Positions 10,934 to 22,400 of a DNA stretch of 64,000 nt are shown piece after piece. The position numbers and the translations under genes are program-made. The stretch is from Eledone cirrhosa (lineage: Eukaryota), in assembly GCA_964016885.1 (NCBI GenBank), contig OZ024755.1, forward strand, positions 1,736,001 to 1,800,000. Direction: 5' to 3'. Under the pieces are notes generated by a model. The model saw only the letters and a list, made by a program, of their open reading frames with translations, was not told where the DNA came from and ran no database searches. Every line of letters starts with the position of its first letter. Within the stretch, counting starts at the first letter, position 1.

Positions 10934-12849
10934 GTAATAAATATTTTTCATATGTAAACGAAACTTGCTCGTTTTTTTCTATTATATATATATACTGAAA
11001 TATGTAGGGAAGTGTTGTATTATATTAGAAATACATTAACACGGGAGAAGGGTTGCAATAGCTAAACAAAACTATCGTTTAATTATGTGGGAGTTTTAAG
11101 TCTAATCTGTCTCACACGACTCCCAAACGAGAGACATGATAATCCAAAGGGAAATAAAAATACAAAGTTAGTTGGAATAAAATAAAGATATACTTTACCT
11201 TCGTAAAAATGGTAAAAATCCAAAATTTTAACGTTTATTTTTTCTACAGGTTGGAAAGCATGTTTAAAAGTTAAGCAGAGAGAAGGAGAGAGAGACCCAA
11301 TGGGTCTGTTCCGTGTAAATCTGTATTGGTACCCCGTCTCCCAAGAATGTCTAAATAAGAAACTATATCTATTTGTCTGTCTGCCTGTCTATCTCACACG
11401 ACTCCCCCAAATGCGATTCATCAGGTCCTGTATTGACACCCACTCCTGTGAAAAGAGACGAAGAGGACGAACCAAAGCTTCTGTATTGATACCCCTTCAT
11501 ATGGAAAGAAACGAAGAGGATGTCCCAAGATGAACTGGCAACAGATAATCGACAGGGACCTGAAACCCGTCAACAAAACAGAAGTTGGAACGATGTATTG
11601 ATAGATGTAATTGACCATGGTGGTCGCTGGAGCACTTTGGTTGCCTCATGTGTCTCAAGATGAGGGAGTTTCTAAGTCTAATCTATCTGTAGGCCTGCCT
11701 GTCCGTCAATCTATCTCACATGACTTCCAAGTGAAAGACATGTTAGTCAGGTCCTGTATTGGTACCCACCCCCATGGAAAGACACAGAGGACCTCACAAG
11801 ATGATCTGGCGCCAGATAATCGACAGAGACCTGAAACCTCTCAACAAAAGTGTGAACGATATATATATATACACTATTATAATGTATATATAAACTGTAC
11901 TATAATATATACAGGAGTTGCGATCGGTAGATAATATCAGCAATAGAAAGACCAATGGAAACATTGTTTCCTCGGTCCAATTTGACGAGCTCCACCCCAC
12001 TCGACAAGCGAATGAGGTCCGGGCTCTTGTTGATCGATCAGAGAAAGACATACAATTGAATTACGTCTGTAGATCATTATATTTTGGGGAAATGCTGTGC
12101 ATTATAATAAATATGTACAGGTAATGAAAGTATGTATACATTTTTCTGGGACATCACGTATATATATGTATATGTATGCAGGGTATTCACAAAAACACTC
12201 ACTGCAGAGTCCGGAGTTAGCTTTGCCTTTCATCCTTACGGAGTCGATAAAATAAAGGGATAATTGCTGTCCTTGTGCCAAGAGTAGAAACAATTATTGC
12301 ATTGACTTTTGCCAACCAACAAAAGGGGCAGACATCGAGTGTCTGTGATATCAACCAATACCACATGTGATATCAACCAACACCACATGAAACTTTGTTA
12401 GTTTATGCAACTGTAGCCACCAATATTGTAAGAATATTCATTTAAGTTTTCATATTATAAGTATTTGAAATCAAGGAGTGTTTTTGTGGTCGCCCTGTAT
12501 ATACGTGAGGAGGGGTAGCAATAGCTAAACAAAACTATCGTTTAATTAGTTATTGGTGACATTATGGAGGGAAATAAATATACAATATTTCAATAAAAGG
12601 CTTCAATATAAAATAAAGATTTACTTTACCTTCGTAAAAATGGTAAAAATCCAAGTTTTTAACGTTTATTTTTTCTACAGGTTGGAAAATACGCCTAAAA
12701 TTTACGCAGCCATTTTTCTCTGAAATATTTACAACAATCGCGCATGCGCAAAACATTAAACGTCAGTACGCATGTGCATAGAATTTTTCAACATGAACGT
12801 ATCCACACCTATAAAAACCGAAAATAAGTGTAAAATTACACACACATGT

Positions 12850-13690
12850 AAACCAGGTCCGAACACAGAGGAACCAAACACCCACTGTCATCGCCTTCCC
12901 CATCTCTCACTATTATGAGCAAACGGGGTCCCACGTGCTGGCCATCCCGTGGACAGAATAAAGAAGGAGTTTCCCTGGAGGATGGTAAGGGAGATGCGCT
13001 GGAAGAGCCATTCCATCTCGGGAGGCTCACACATGCGGCTAGCAAGTGCTCAACTGCAAACCTGTCGGAGAGTGACTGATATTTGGAGAGTTTACCCTCC
13101 CCAGCTTGAAATGTAGCAGAGCCTGGGTTAGTCGCAGACTGCACCAGGTTGCCATTGGAGATTGTGTCACTGCATGTGGCATCCCAGACAAGAGGTTTAC
13201 TACCAAAGAACAGGAAGATGGAGATGGCGTATGGCCTTTTGCCAGCTCAAGCTAGGAGGGAAAGCCTGCAGCATCCAAGCGATGCTTGATGACCTCGTTG
13301 AGAGCAGCATGGCGTGGCAGGCGACCGGCACTGTAGTGATGGAAAGCGACATTTGTAAGATGGGGTGTTGCTATCAAGGTTGTAAAACTTGATGTTGGAT
13401 ATCTCCTCAGCTGCCACTCAGATACAAGTGTCAAGGTCAGCAAGGAGAGATGTGTAAATATAGCAAGGAGCACTACGAAGTGTGTAGAGGAGCTTCAGCA
13501 TGGTAAAGCAGTTCTTCAACAGGATGATGGATGGGCGTCAATCATGCCCAGTCTGCTCGTGAGCTGCTGGAGCCTAGACCTGATGGTGGAGTGGATGGCC
13601 GGTGGGAAGATGAGGACATCATTTTAAGTCCGCTTATCAGTGCTTGCAAGTGTGGGACGGGTCCTCTTCAGCATATGTAGAGTCGTCACG
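12850..13690 (-). mobile_element. CRE-clade non-LTR retrotransposon 3' remnant (restriction-like endonuclease region)
   Basis: GRLPRHAALNEVIK..LDAAGFPS*LE and KPLVWDATCSDT...GSA...KLSKYQSL..RFAVE; GC-richer than the flanks. Confidence 0.72.
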
Positions 13691-14102
13691 GTCGATATAT
13701 ATTATAAATATATATACATTCTATATATATTTAATAAATATTTGCTCTACGGTTCTTATATATTTGATATATATTTATCCTTATCGAGCCCTCTTTGGAT
13801 TTTAGTATCCAAATTTATTTTTATTACTATATATATATATATATATATATAGGAAAATGTTTACCCCGACAGTTATTTCTGGACTATATATATATATATA
13901 ATTTTATCATTTATTTTGTTTGACCTGTTTAGCTTGACTTGTTTTTTGGTGGTTAATGCCTTCTTGACCACTTTTTCAGTTTGTATGGCGTTTTAACATT
14001 GTTTAGCTCTGGTTTTTTAACTATGGAGCGCTTGCCAGCATAACTGATTTTGCGGTTCGTTTCGCTTTTCCTACCCGCCGAAATGCGATTCTCGCTGAAT
14101 TT

Positions 14103-17100
14103 ATCATCATCATCGTCATCGTTTAACGTCCATCTTCCACGCTTGCATGGGTTTGGACGGGAATTTTCCCACTTGAGGCAAGATTGGTTGTCTTGCTCGT
14201 ATAGGACTGTCTGGCGGGTTGTCTACGGCTGGATGCCCTTCCTAACACCAACCACGTTTACAGTGTGTACTGGGAGGTTTTTACCGTGTTACCTACACGG
14301 CCACATTACAGCGTGGATTGTTTGGTTTTTTTTCGTCACACCTACACGACCTTATTTATTTCGGACTGAATGTTGTGGTACCAACATAACTTTACATCGA
14401 AAGGTGTGGTGTGGATGGGACGGGGGTGTATTTTTGCTAGAGTTGCCTACTGACTGTAGGTTTCGCTTTATACTTAGGCAAGGCGGGTCTTCTGTATTAC
14501 TGTGTAGCGCCAAAGATCTCGGTCCAGTGACATTGTCTTGGAGAGGTGTAAGTGTGTGAGGTCTGAATTAATCAAGTCGTCCCAGGTTTTTCTGGGTCTG
14601 CCTACTCCGTGGCTACCGTCTATTTTTATCGCCCTGCACTTTTTTTTATACAGCTGTCGTCTTTCATGTGCATCACGTGACCATACCAACGTAGTCTTCT
14701 CTCGAGTAAACAACATCTGATCCCTCTTATTCCTAATTTCTCCCCTAGTTCATTTATGCTTTGCGTATATCCTCTGCACACAATGCCCAAGTCTCACTGC
14801 CATGTAACATTGCTGTTCGTATGCAGGCATCATACAGCCTGCCTTTCATTTTTTGAGAGAACCCTTTAGTGGCCAATAGTGGTATAAGCTCTCTGAACTT
14901 TTTCCATCCCGTTCTGACTCTAGCTACTGTACATTCAGAGCACCCTCCAACACTGCTGATTGTCACCCAGGTAACGGAAGGTGTCCACTATTTCTATAGA
15001 ACCATCTGTGCAATGGAATGAGCTAGTATTCTGTGGGCACTTGCTGCTACTTATTGCACCTGAGCACCGGCCACATATAAAATCTATATTCTTAGCTTAC
15101 CTGTGATCCCATTACATCTTTTATGCACCCATACTTTGCATTTGGGACATAAAATGGAGTTTCTGCCTAATCCTTTCCTACACACTGAGCAGGGCCATTT
15201 CCCAGATGAGACCAGTGCCCTATTTTCCTTCCTACAAACTATAACTTTAGTCTTAGACGGGTTAATTTTAAGACCTTTTGATTCTAGGCCATGCTTCCAT
15301 GTTTGGAATTTCTTCTCTAGTTCGGCCATTGATTCAGCTATGAGCGTTAGATCATCTGCGTATAGGAGTTCCCATGGGCAGCCGGTCTTGAACTCCTCTG
15401 TTATAGCCTAAAGAGCAATAATAAATAGGAGGGGGGCTAAGGACGGAGCCCTGATGAATACCAACTTTTACGTTAAACTCTTCACTATATTCGTTGTTAA
15501 TTCTAACCTTGCTGACTGTTTCTTTATACATGGCTTGTATAGCTCTCACAAGCCATTCATCAACACCTAGTTTTCTAAGGGCCCACCAGATAATCGAGCG
15601 GGGTACTCTGTCAAAATCATTCTGTATGACTTGGTTTACTATCCGGGTGACCATAGTGTGTCCCACCGTTCCAGATGCTTTCAGCATTTCAGCAACTATT
15701 TCCGAGGGCCCAGCTGCCTTACCCGTCTTCATATCTTTGATTGCCTTACTTATTATACTACCTTCGACTAACACTGCTGGTCCCTCAATTGGGTCGATGT
15801 GTGGGAGACTGTCTTTTCCCCATTTAGTAGCCTTTCGTAGTGACACTTCCAAGCTACCTTCTTATCAGCGTCAGTGATGGCAAGTACACCATCATCATTA
15901 AGGACACACTTCTCCCCGACAAAATCACGGTTTTCCTCGACACATTGCCTAGCAATCCTGAACACCTCACGTTTTTTAACATGCTTGAACTTTCTTTCCT
16001 CTGCTTCCCTTCTTGCGAAGTACACTCGTCTCCTAGCCACTTGATAGTCTTCTCTACTTCCTCCATGCTTTTTGGTCTTGATTGACCCCTTCACCACCAA
16101 GTTACTCTCCTCCTGCCTATAGGTCTGCTCCAGCCACAGATTTTATGTTGCCTTCAGCAGGTTAGCTTTCTGGAATTCCCACTGTTCCTCTATATTGTAC
16201 GACTAATTGCTCTTCCTTACTATCAAAAGCATCAAGTAATATTCTTTTAAATTTATTACTGGCTGTGGAGTCCTTTAGCTTCCATATTTTTCTCCCGAGA
16301 ATAGTCCTCTTCTGTTGTTGAGTATGTTGAGAGGTGCATTTTTCATGGGTGGGAAGGATTTAATGTTTAAAACAGATACACTGTCACGTCTTCTGGTAAG
16401 GATATAATCTACCTGGCTGGTGTGTTCCCCTGATCTGTAGGTGATCAAGTGATTGTCTCGTTTTTTGAAGTTAGGTTATTTGCGTCACAGAATTCCAGGA
16501 TTCTGGAGCCTTCCTCATTTCTTGTACCAAACCCATAGCCTCCATGGATTCCGTCTCAATGTTGTCCGTGACCATTTAGGTCGCCAGCGATAACTATGTA
16601 GTCAGTCGGTTATTTGGGAGGTAGTGAGCATTAATGTCTCATAGAATCTGTCTTTTATAACGCCAGGCAGTCCGGATTGTGGTGCATATGCAGATATTAT
16701 TGTCACAGTAGTTCTATTGAGGACAAGTCTTATTTTAATTATTCTGTTGTTCACTCTATTTACGTCTATTATCTTATCTGCTACCATGATTTCTACTCCA
16801 CCCAGCCCATTGTCATTTCCCACCCAGAAAAGCTTATAACCTCATTTTTTACCCACAATGATTCTAGCAGACCCACCCCTCCAGCTGGTCTCTTGAATAC
16901 AGCAAACATCGACCAAGCATTTCTACAACCTCATTAGAGCAACCTTTTAAGGTACCTACATTCATGGTACCAACTCTGAAGTTTTGGATTGCGTTTGGAG
17001 GGGCACAGGAGAGATGGGGGTTATGTTGGCCATCCTCGGCCGAAATAAAGAGGAGTCCTTGCTCCTTGCCTTTTCGTCCGGCAGCATGAGGTGAATTTGT

Positions 17101-17124
17101 CTTTATCTTCGGCATTGTCAATGA

Positions 17125-17125
<1 letters not shown>
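14103..17125 (-). mobile_element. Near full-length, decayed RTE-clade LINE (family 1; APE endonuclease + RT)
   Basis: RVGTMNVGTL, IISAYAPQSG, GKAAGPSEI, FDRVPR, VGIHQGSVLSP; many frameshifts and deletions; (ATG)n tail. Confidence 0.93.
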
Positions 17126-17173
<48 letters not shown>

Positions 17174-17314
17174 ACCCTTGCAAACGGAAAAAGCAGACCT
17201 AAAATGAAATGATGATGATTATATATATATATATATATATATACATACATACATACATACTGTGTAATTCGTTGTTTTGTTACTATCCCAACTGTACTGA
17301 TATATATATTCACA

Positions 17315-17918
17315 TGATGCGTGTATCCGAACAGCAATGTTGCATGGTAGTGAGACCCGGGCGCTGAAGGTGGAAGACTTGTGTAGATTAGAGAGAAACG
17401 AAGCCTGCATGCTCCGATGGATGTGTAACAGTAATATACGCGAACGACAAAGCATAAATGAATTGAGAGAGACTGAGTATAAGAAGAATCAAATGCTGTG
17501 TGCAGGAGAGGCGGTTGCATTGGTATGGACATGTGATGCGTATGAAGGATGATAGCTGCAGAGCACTAGAAGCCGATGGAAACCGCGGAGTGGGGAGACC
17601 CAAGATGACCTGGGATGAGGTGACTGTACCCAATTACACCTCTCAAAGGCGATGACACACGACCGTGAACTCTGGCGTCACGCAGTAATACAGAGTACCC
17701 GACCTCCCATGGGTACAAGCTGAAGCAAATAGACAATATGCCCCCACTGCAAATGAGGTTGGTGTTAGGAAGAGCATCCAGCTGTAGAAATCAAGCCAAA
17801 TCAGTTCCTGTATGAGCAAGGGATGGTCAGCCGACCAGACGCTGCCCACAACAGGACAACCCATCTAACCCATGCTAGCGTGGAAGAACGGACGTAAAAC
17901 GGTGATGATGATGATGAT
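17315..17918 (+). mobile_element. 5'-truncated RTE-clade LINE (family 2), inverted relative to the 7254-8420 copy
   Basis: MLHGSETRALKVEDL.RLERNEACMLRWMCNS; near-identical to the reverse complement of 7254-7970. Confidence 0.92.
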
Positions 17919-17974
17919 TATATATATAATGTGTGTAGCATTAAAAGTGTTAAACAAAAATAAAAGACCAAGAA

Positions 17975-18684
17975 TATATTTTTAAGTAGATTTATTTGAA
18001 GACAGTTATAAGAGAAAGGTGGGCAAATAGCCACTAAAGATATTACTTACAGTAAAATATTGAATAATTTTTATCAGAAACTTTCAATGAAAGTCACTAG
18101 TCAAAAAAAAATATGAGAAGCTAGCTGTTGTGAGACAACAGCTGCTGGAGTACAATGATTAATGGATGAAATGTAGAGATGGTCGTGTTGTGTGTGCTTC
18201 ATCTAAAATAGGAGGAATGTTAGTTGTAACCTCCTCTGTAAGATCCACCCCAACCACCATAACCACTGTTGCCTGCAATGGAAGATAAATACATTTTAGA
18301 GAGACAGCATTTAACAGATGTAGTCATATTCTATTCATCTAGTATTTTGATCACAAAGGTCAATACAAACAGTAAAACATGGGTTTTGACATCAAAAGGA
18401 TTAATTATTCAACACAGGAAAACATTATATAACAATCTTAAGTTAAACTATAGGGGGTAAGCAAGAAAAACGAGGAAAGTTGACCATCAGATTGAACTAA
18501 GGAGATGTTTCCATCGGTTTCTTAACATTGGCAGTCCTGCTTTCCTCACCAGACCACTATATAACCAGTGTCACAACTCCTGTAGGTCAGAACATCTCAC
18601 CAGACCACTATATAACCAGTGTCACAACTCCTGTAGGAGGTCAGAACATCTCACCAGACCACTATATAACCAGTGTCGCAACTC
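17975..18684 (-). other. Putative non-coding terminal exon (3' UTR) of the RRM gene
   Basis: Acceptors at 18579/18630/18684; AATAAA at 17996-17991 followed by a U/GU-rich tract; 3' end approximate. Confidence 0.55.
17991..17996 (-). promoter_or_regulatory. Polyadenylation signal of the RRM gene
   Basis: AATAAA on the minus strand with downstream TCTTGGTCTTTTATTTTTGTTT. Confidence 0.55.
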
Positions 18685-18702
18685 CTGTAGGAGGTCAGAA
18701 CA
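18546..18702. repeat. Three tandem copies of a 51-54 bp unit containing a splice acceptor
   Basis: TCACCAGACCACTATATAACCAGTGTCACAACTCCTGTAGG(AGG)TCAGAACAT x3. Confidence 0.9.
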
Positions 18703-19376
18703 TATACAGCAAAGTATCTTGTCTGACTAATCTACCAGCCCCAATATTTTGTCAACACCAAAAGGATGAAAGGCAAAGTTGACTGATAGAATAAGGCATA
18801 TATTGCAACTCTGCCAATGCCATGTGTAACTATTACGAATTAAAAATGTTCAACAGATGAAAATAAATGAAATAGTAAATTAACTTAAAATGAGAAACCA
18901 AGAAAATATAATAGGCCACAGAAATGCTAATGTAACATTAATATATACTGAAGAGAGAAACAGGTCCTAAAATTTAATCTATGACCGTACTCCTAATAAA
19001 AGACAGAGAATCTAGAGGAATTTACTAAAGGTATTGTATTATAAAGGTAGCATTTGTAAAAAACAAAAGGTTATAATAATAGGAGCCGTTTAAAATGGAT
19101 AGTTTTGTCTGAACAAAATACAGGCCACACCCATGCAAGTTTAGCTGGCCTTCTATGAGGTATCTCAGGTTTCTTGGGTGTTTTAATGATAGGAGCCCCA
19201 ATGTGAAATGAAGTGACTTGCTCAAGAACACAATGCCCTACCCAGTCCAGGAATTAATCCCACAGCCTAACCACTAGGCTGGAGTGGTATGTCATCTCTA
19301 GTAAGATGTAGACCAAAAGGTAAAGGTAATCCTTATTAGTTTACAAACTTTGTTCAACTCACCGAGTGTACTTTCT

Positions 19377-19414
19377 TTACCAGCTAGTCCTGTTCTGTCT
19401 CCTTCGTTTGTTAT
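19377..19414 (-). CDS. RRM gene coding exon 13 (exon 19363-19414, contains stop)
   Basis: In phase with exon 12: DNKRRRQNRTSW*; CAG acceptor, G|GTGAGT donor 14 nt after the stop. Confidence 0.72.
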
Positions 19415-22400
19415 CTGTTATATAAGAGCAGTGGAGTTGGAGAACATTAAATAGTAAGAGAAATATTAAAAGCCAGGCTTGGAGGGACACGAACAAGACA
19501 ATCACTAATAACTAGTTGGTAATTCTAATAATTATTTTCCTTCAAGTGGTTTCAGGACAGAGACAATGGAAAATGTTGACTGACACATCAACTCAAAGAA
19601 ACTGTTTCCATTAGTTTATCCACTGGTTGCAAGCCAATCCCGGTAATATTGTCACTGCTTACCTCACATACATACACACACACATTGTCTAACAATTCCA
19701 TCAACTACTACACTGAAACAATGAAAAGTTGACTGCGACAGGATTCAAATTAAAAAAGTCACCAATTTGCAAGAGAAATTGTTCCTAATAAAAGTGACTT
19801 GTTATATATCACCTCAATAATTATTTTGATGTTACAGATAATTCATCTGACAGGTGGAGTAGGTTATAATAAAGCAGGTAGTGCAAGGTGTCACATACAA
19901 TGAACCAGTAGTATCATTGTCAACAGCTACAAGGGCAGATGGATTAAGTTATCAACATCACAGAAAGAGTAACTAACCCTATCAAAATTTAATTGAGATG
20001 CAGTTTAGTTTCATGATGTGGAAAAGCATAGCATAAGTGATGGTATTTCTATAATTAAACAGAAGTACAAAATCCCCAATTTGGTGGTCACCTACGAAAA
20101 TAGTGATAGAAGAATGGGGAGTAACAAGTCCGGCAAGATGTTACCTCTTCTGGCAACAAAGGGCTGCTCTCAGGATGAAAGCCAGGTTACATGAGGCATG
20201 CTTTACTGGGTAATGTTGGCGTTCATGAATGATGGAACACAGTGAACTGTGATAAAAGTTGAATATACGATGCATTGGGTAGCGTGCAAGAGATGATTGT
20301 ACTGGTATGGTCATATGATGTGTTAGGGGAGCAGGAGCTGTATATAATATGGATGGAACAAAGGAAACTAAACATCACCCAAGAGATGAGACAGGACAGA
20401 GCTGACTGGTGATATAGCATCATGACTTGTTCACCACTACAAATAAGGTAATTGGATGGAAACAATACAGGGTTTGGAAAGACTTCAGTGCTGGCGCACC
20501 CAGTACACCTGTAAAGTGGTAGTGTCACAACAAACACTACCAGGAAAATGAAGGTGTGGTTGCTCCAACCTGCCTGGTCTCAGACCATGATATCAGTCAA
20601 TACTGAGGGAGAGGGACATTGTAATTGACCAACGTTACACAATTCACAATATTAATAAAGACAGTATCTAGTTAGCAGATCTATTCTAATGCCATTTTGA
20701 ATAATGGCCAATTCCTTTAATGTCACAAAAATATTCTGAAAAAGAAAATTTCAATTTCAATACGTTATATTAAAGCAGGAATAGTGTTTAATATGTAGCC
20801 CTGTAAATACATTTCAAACTAAACTACATCACGTTCCATTGTTCAACACAATTTTGTTTAGATTTAGTAGAACTGGTCTAACTAAAATACCAACTGGCTT
20901 TTAGAAATGTTACACAAGCATTAAGTGAACCTAATTAACAAAAAATGCAAAAAAAGAAAGAAAAGAATCAACGCCAACCTTCAAACTTTATACAAGACAT
21001 CCTTGTCACTCCAACATGTTATAGCTTGATAACATCACAACTCAAATGTTTCCAGCTGCCTTGCTCAAGGAGATTGTGTCAAAGAGACCAACAAGCTAGG
21101 TTTAGCTGTCAATAGCAACATGCTACCCAGTCTAGGAACTTATGCCTGGGAGTTTCCCTAATTACAATGCCATATAAAATATCTAATTGGAATCAATAAT
21201 TACCATAATTCATAGTGTCATTTCCGTAACCTCTGTTACCACCAGACTGGTAACCATAGCTGTTACTCTGATCAACATGACCCCATGATTGGTTACCATA
21301 CTGACCACCCATTTGACTGGGGTTCAATAATTGTTGACTGAAATTCAAATAAATTACATGTGAAATAATCATTTACATATCAAAGAAATACAATTTCATT
21401 TGTGTATAAACTAATTTAATTCTTTTAAATATTTTACTTTAAAATTTACCTGCAAAGTGACAACGAATCCCTGGACATTTATTTTGTTAAGTTCAATAAG
21501 GATCACAATTCTGTTATATCCCCAGTTGAATATTGGTTATTTTATAGAGATATTCACCCAAAATTGAAATGATTTTACAAATATAGTAACAAAAGGGTTA
21601 AGCTGGTGTTTGAAACAAAATCATGATGGAAGTTTTTTTTATAGATAAATATTGATTCAATATAACAGAACCAAGGGTAGTTTGATATGAGTTTAACATA
21701 CTTTACACAAAGTAGTTAAAGATAATATACAATACTCACCCTAAAAGGCTAGTCAGACCCTTTAATAATTCACTGGTCTGAGAAAGGGCTGCAGTTACAT
21801 TTTGGCTTCCTTGGGACCTAATAGTAAAATAACATACATATTAAAATCTTGTAAAAGAACAACAATTAAACACCACAATATAATTATTACATAACACTTA
21901 CCAATTGCTGTTACCACCATCGATTAAATGTCTTCTGTTACCTCGATCCATTCGACCACCTTGTATATATTGTCCAGGCTGAAAAAACCATCACAAAAAG
22001 AACCAAATGTAATGAAATATACAGAGTGTTCCAATTATCTGGTCCCAGGTGGGTTATACAAGTAGTAATATCTTGTAAATGTGAAACTACAGTACAATGA
22101 TTTACTCCTAATTCTCCATCAGTGTCTAGAATATTGCAGACATTATTTCAGAGACATAGTGGGGTGGGGTAGTGTAAAGTAGTTAGATTTAAAGGGTGAT
22201 GTGAGGGATGAGAAAGTATGCCATGGGTTATATGAAGGTTGTGGTAGGATTTGGCAAGGTAAGAGAAGGAAAATGTGAGTGACCTCACAGCCTGCACATG
22301 TGTGGGGCACAATGAAGACCAGTTAGGGAGTTATGACTGGTGTGATGGTTAGGGTACTACTGGATAGAATAAGGGCACAGGTATTGATAGCAGAGGTCCA

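Noticed and set aside
14040-14095. Additional hammerhead-like motif CTGATTTTGCGG...CCGCCGAAATGCG
   Set aside because: Essential core GA is missing and stems I and III are unconvincing; at most a dead remnant.
14103-17125. Active autonomous RTE element
   Set aside because: ORF broken by many frameshifts, stops and deletions.
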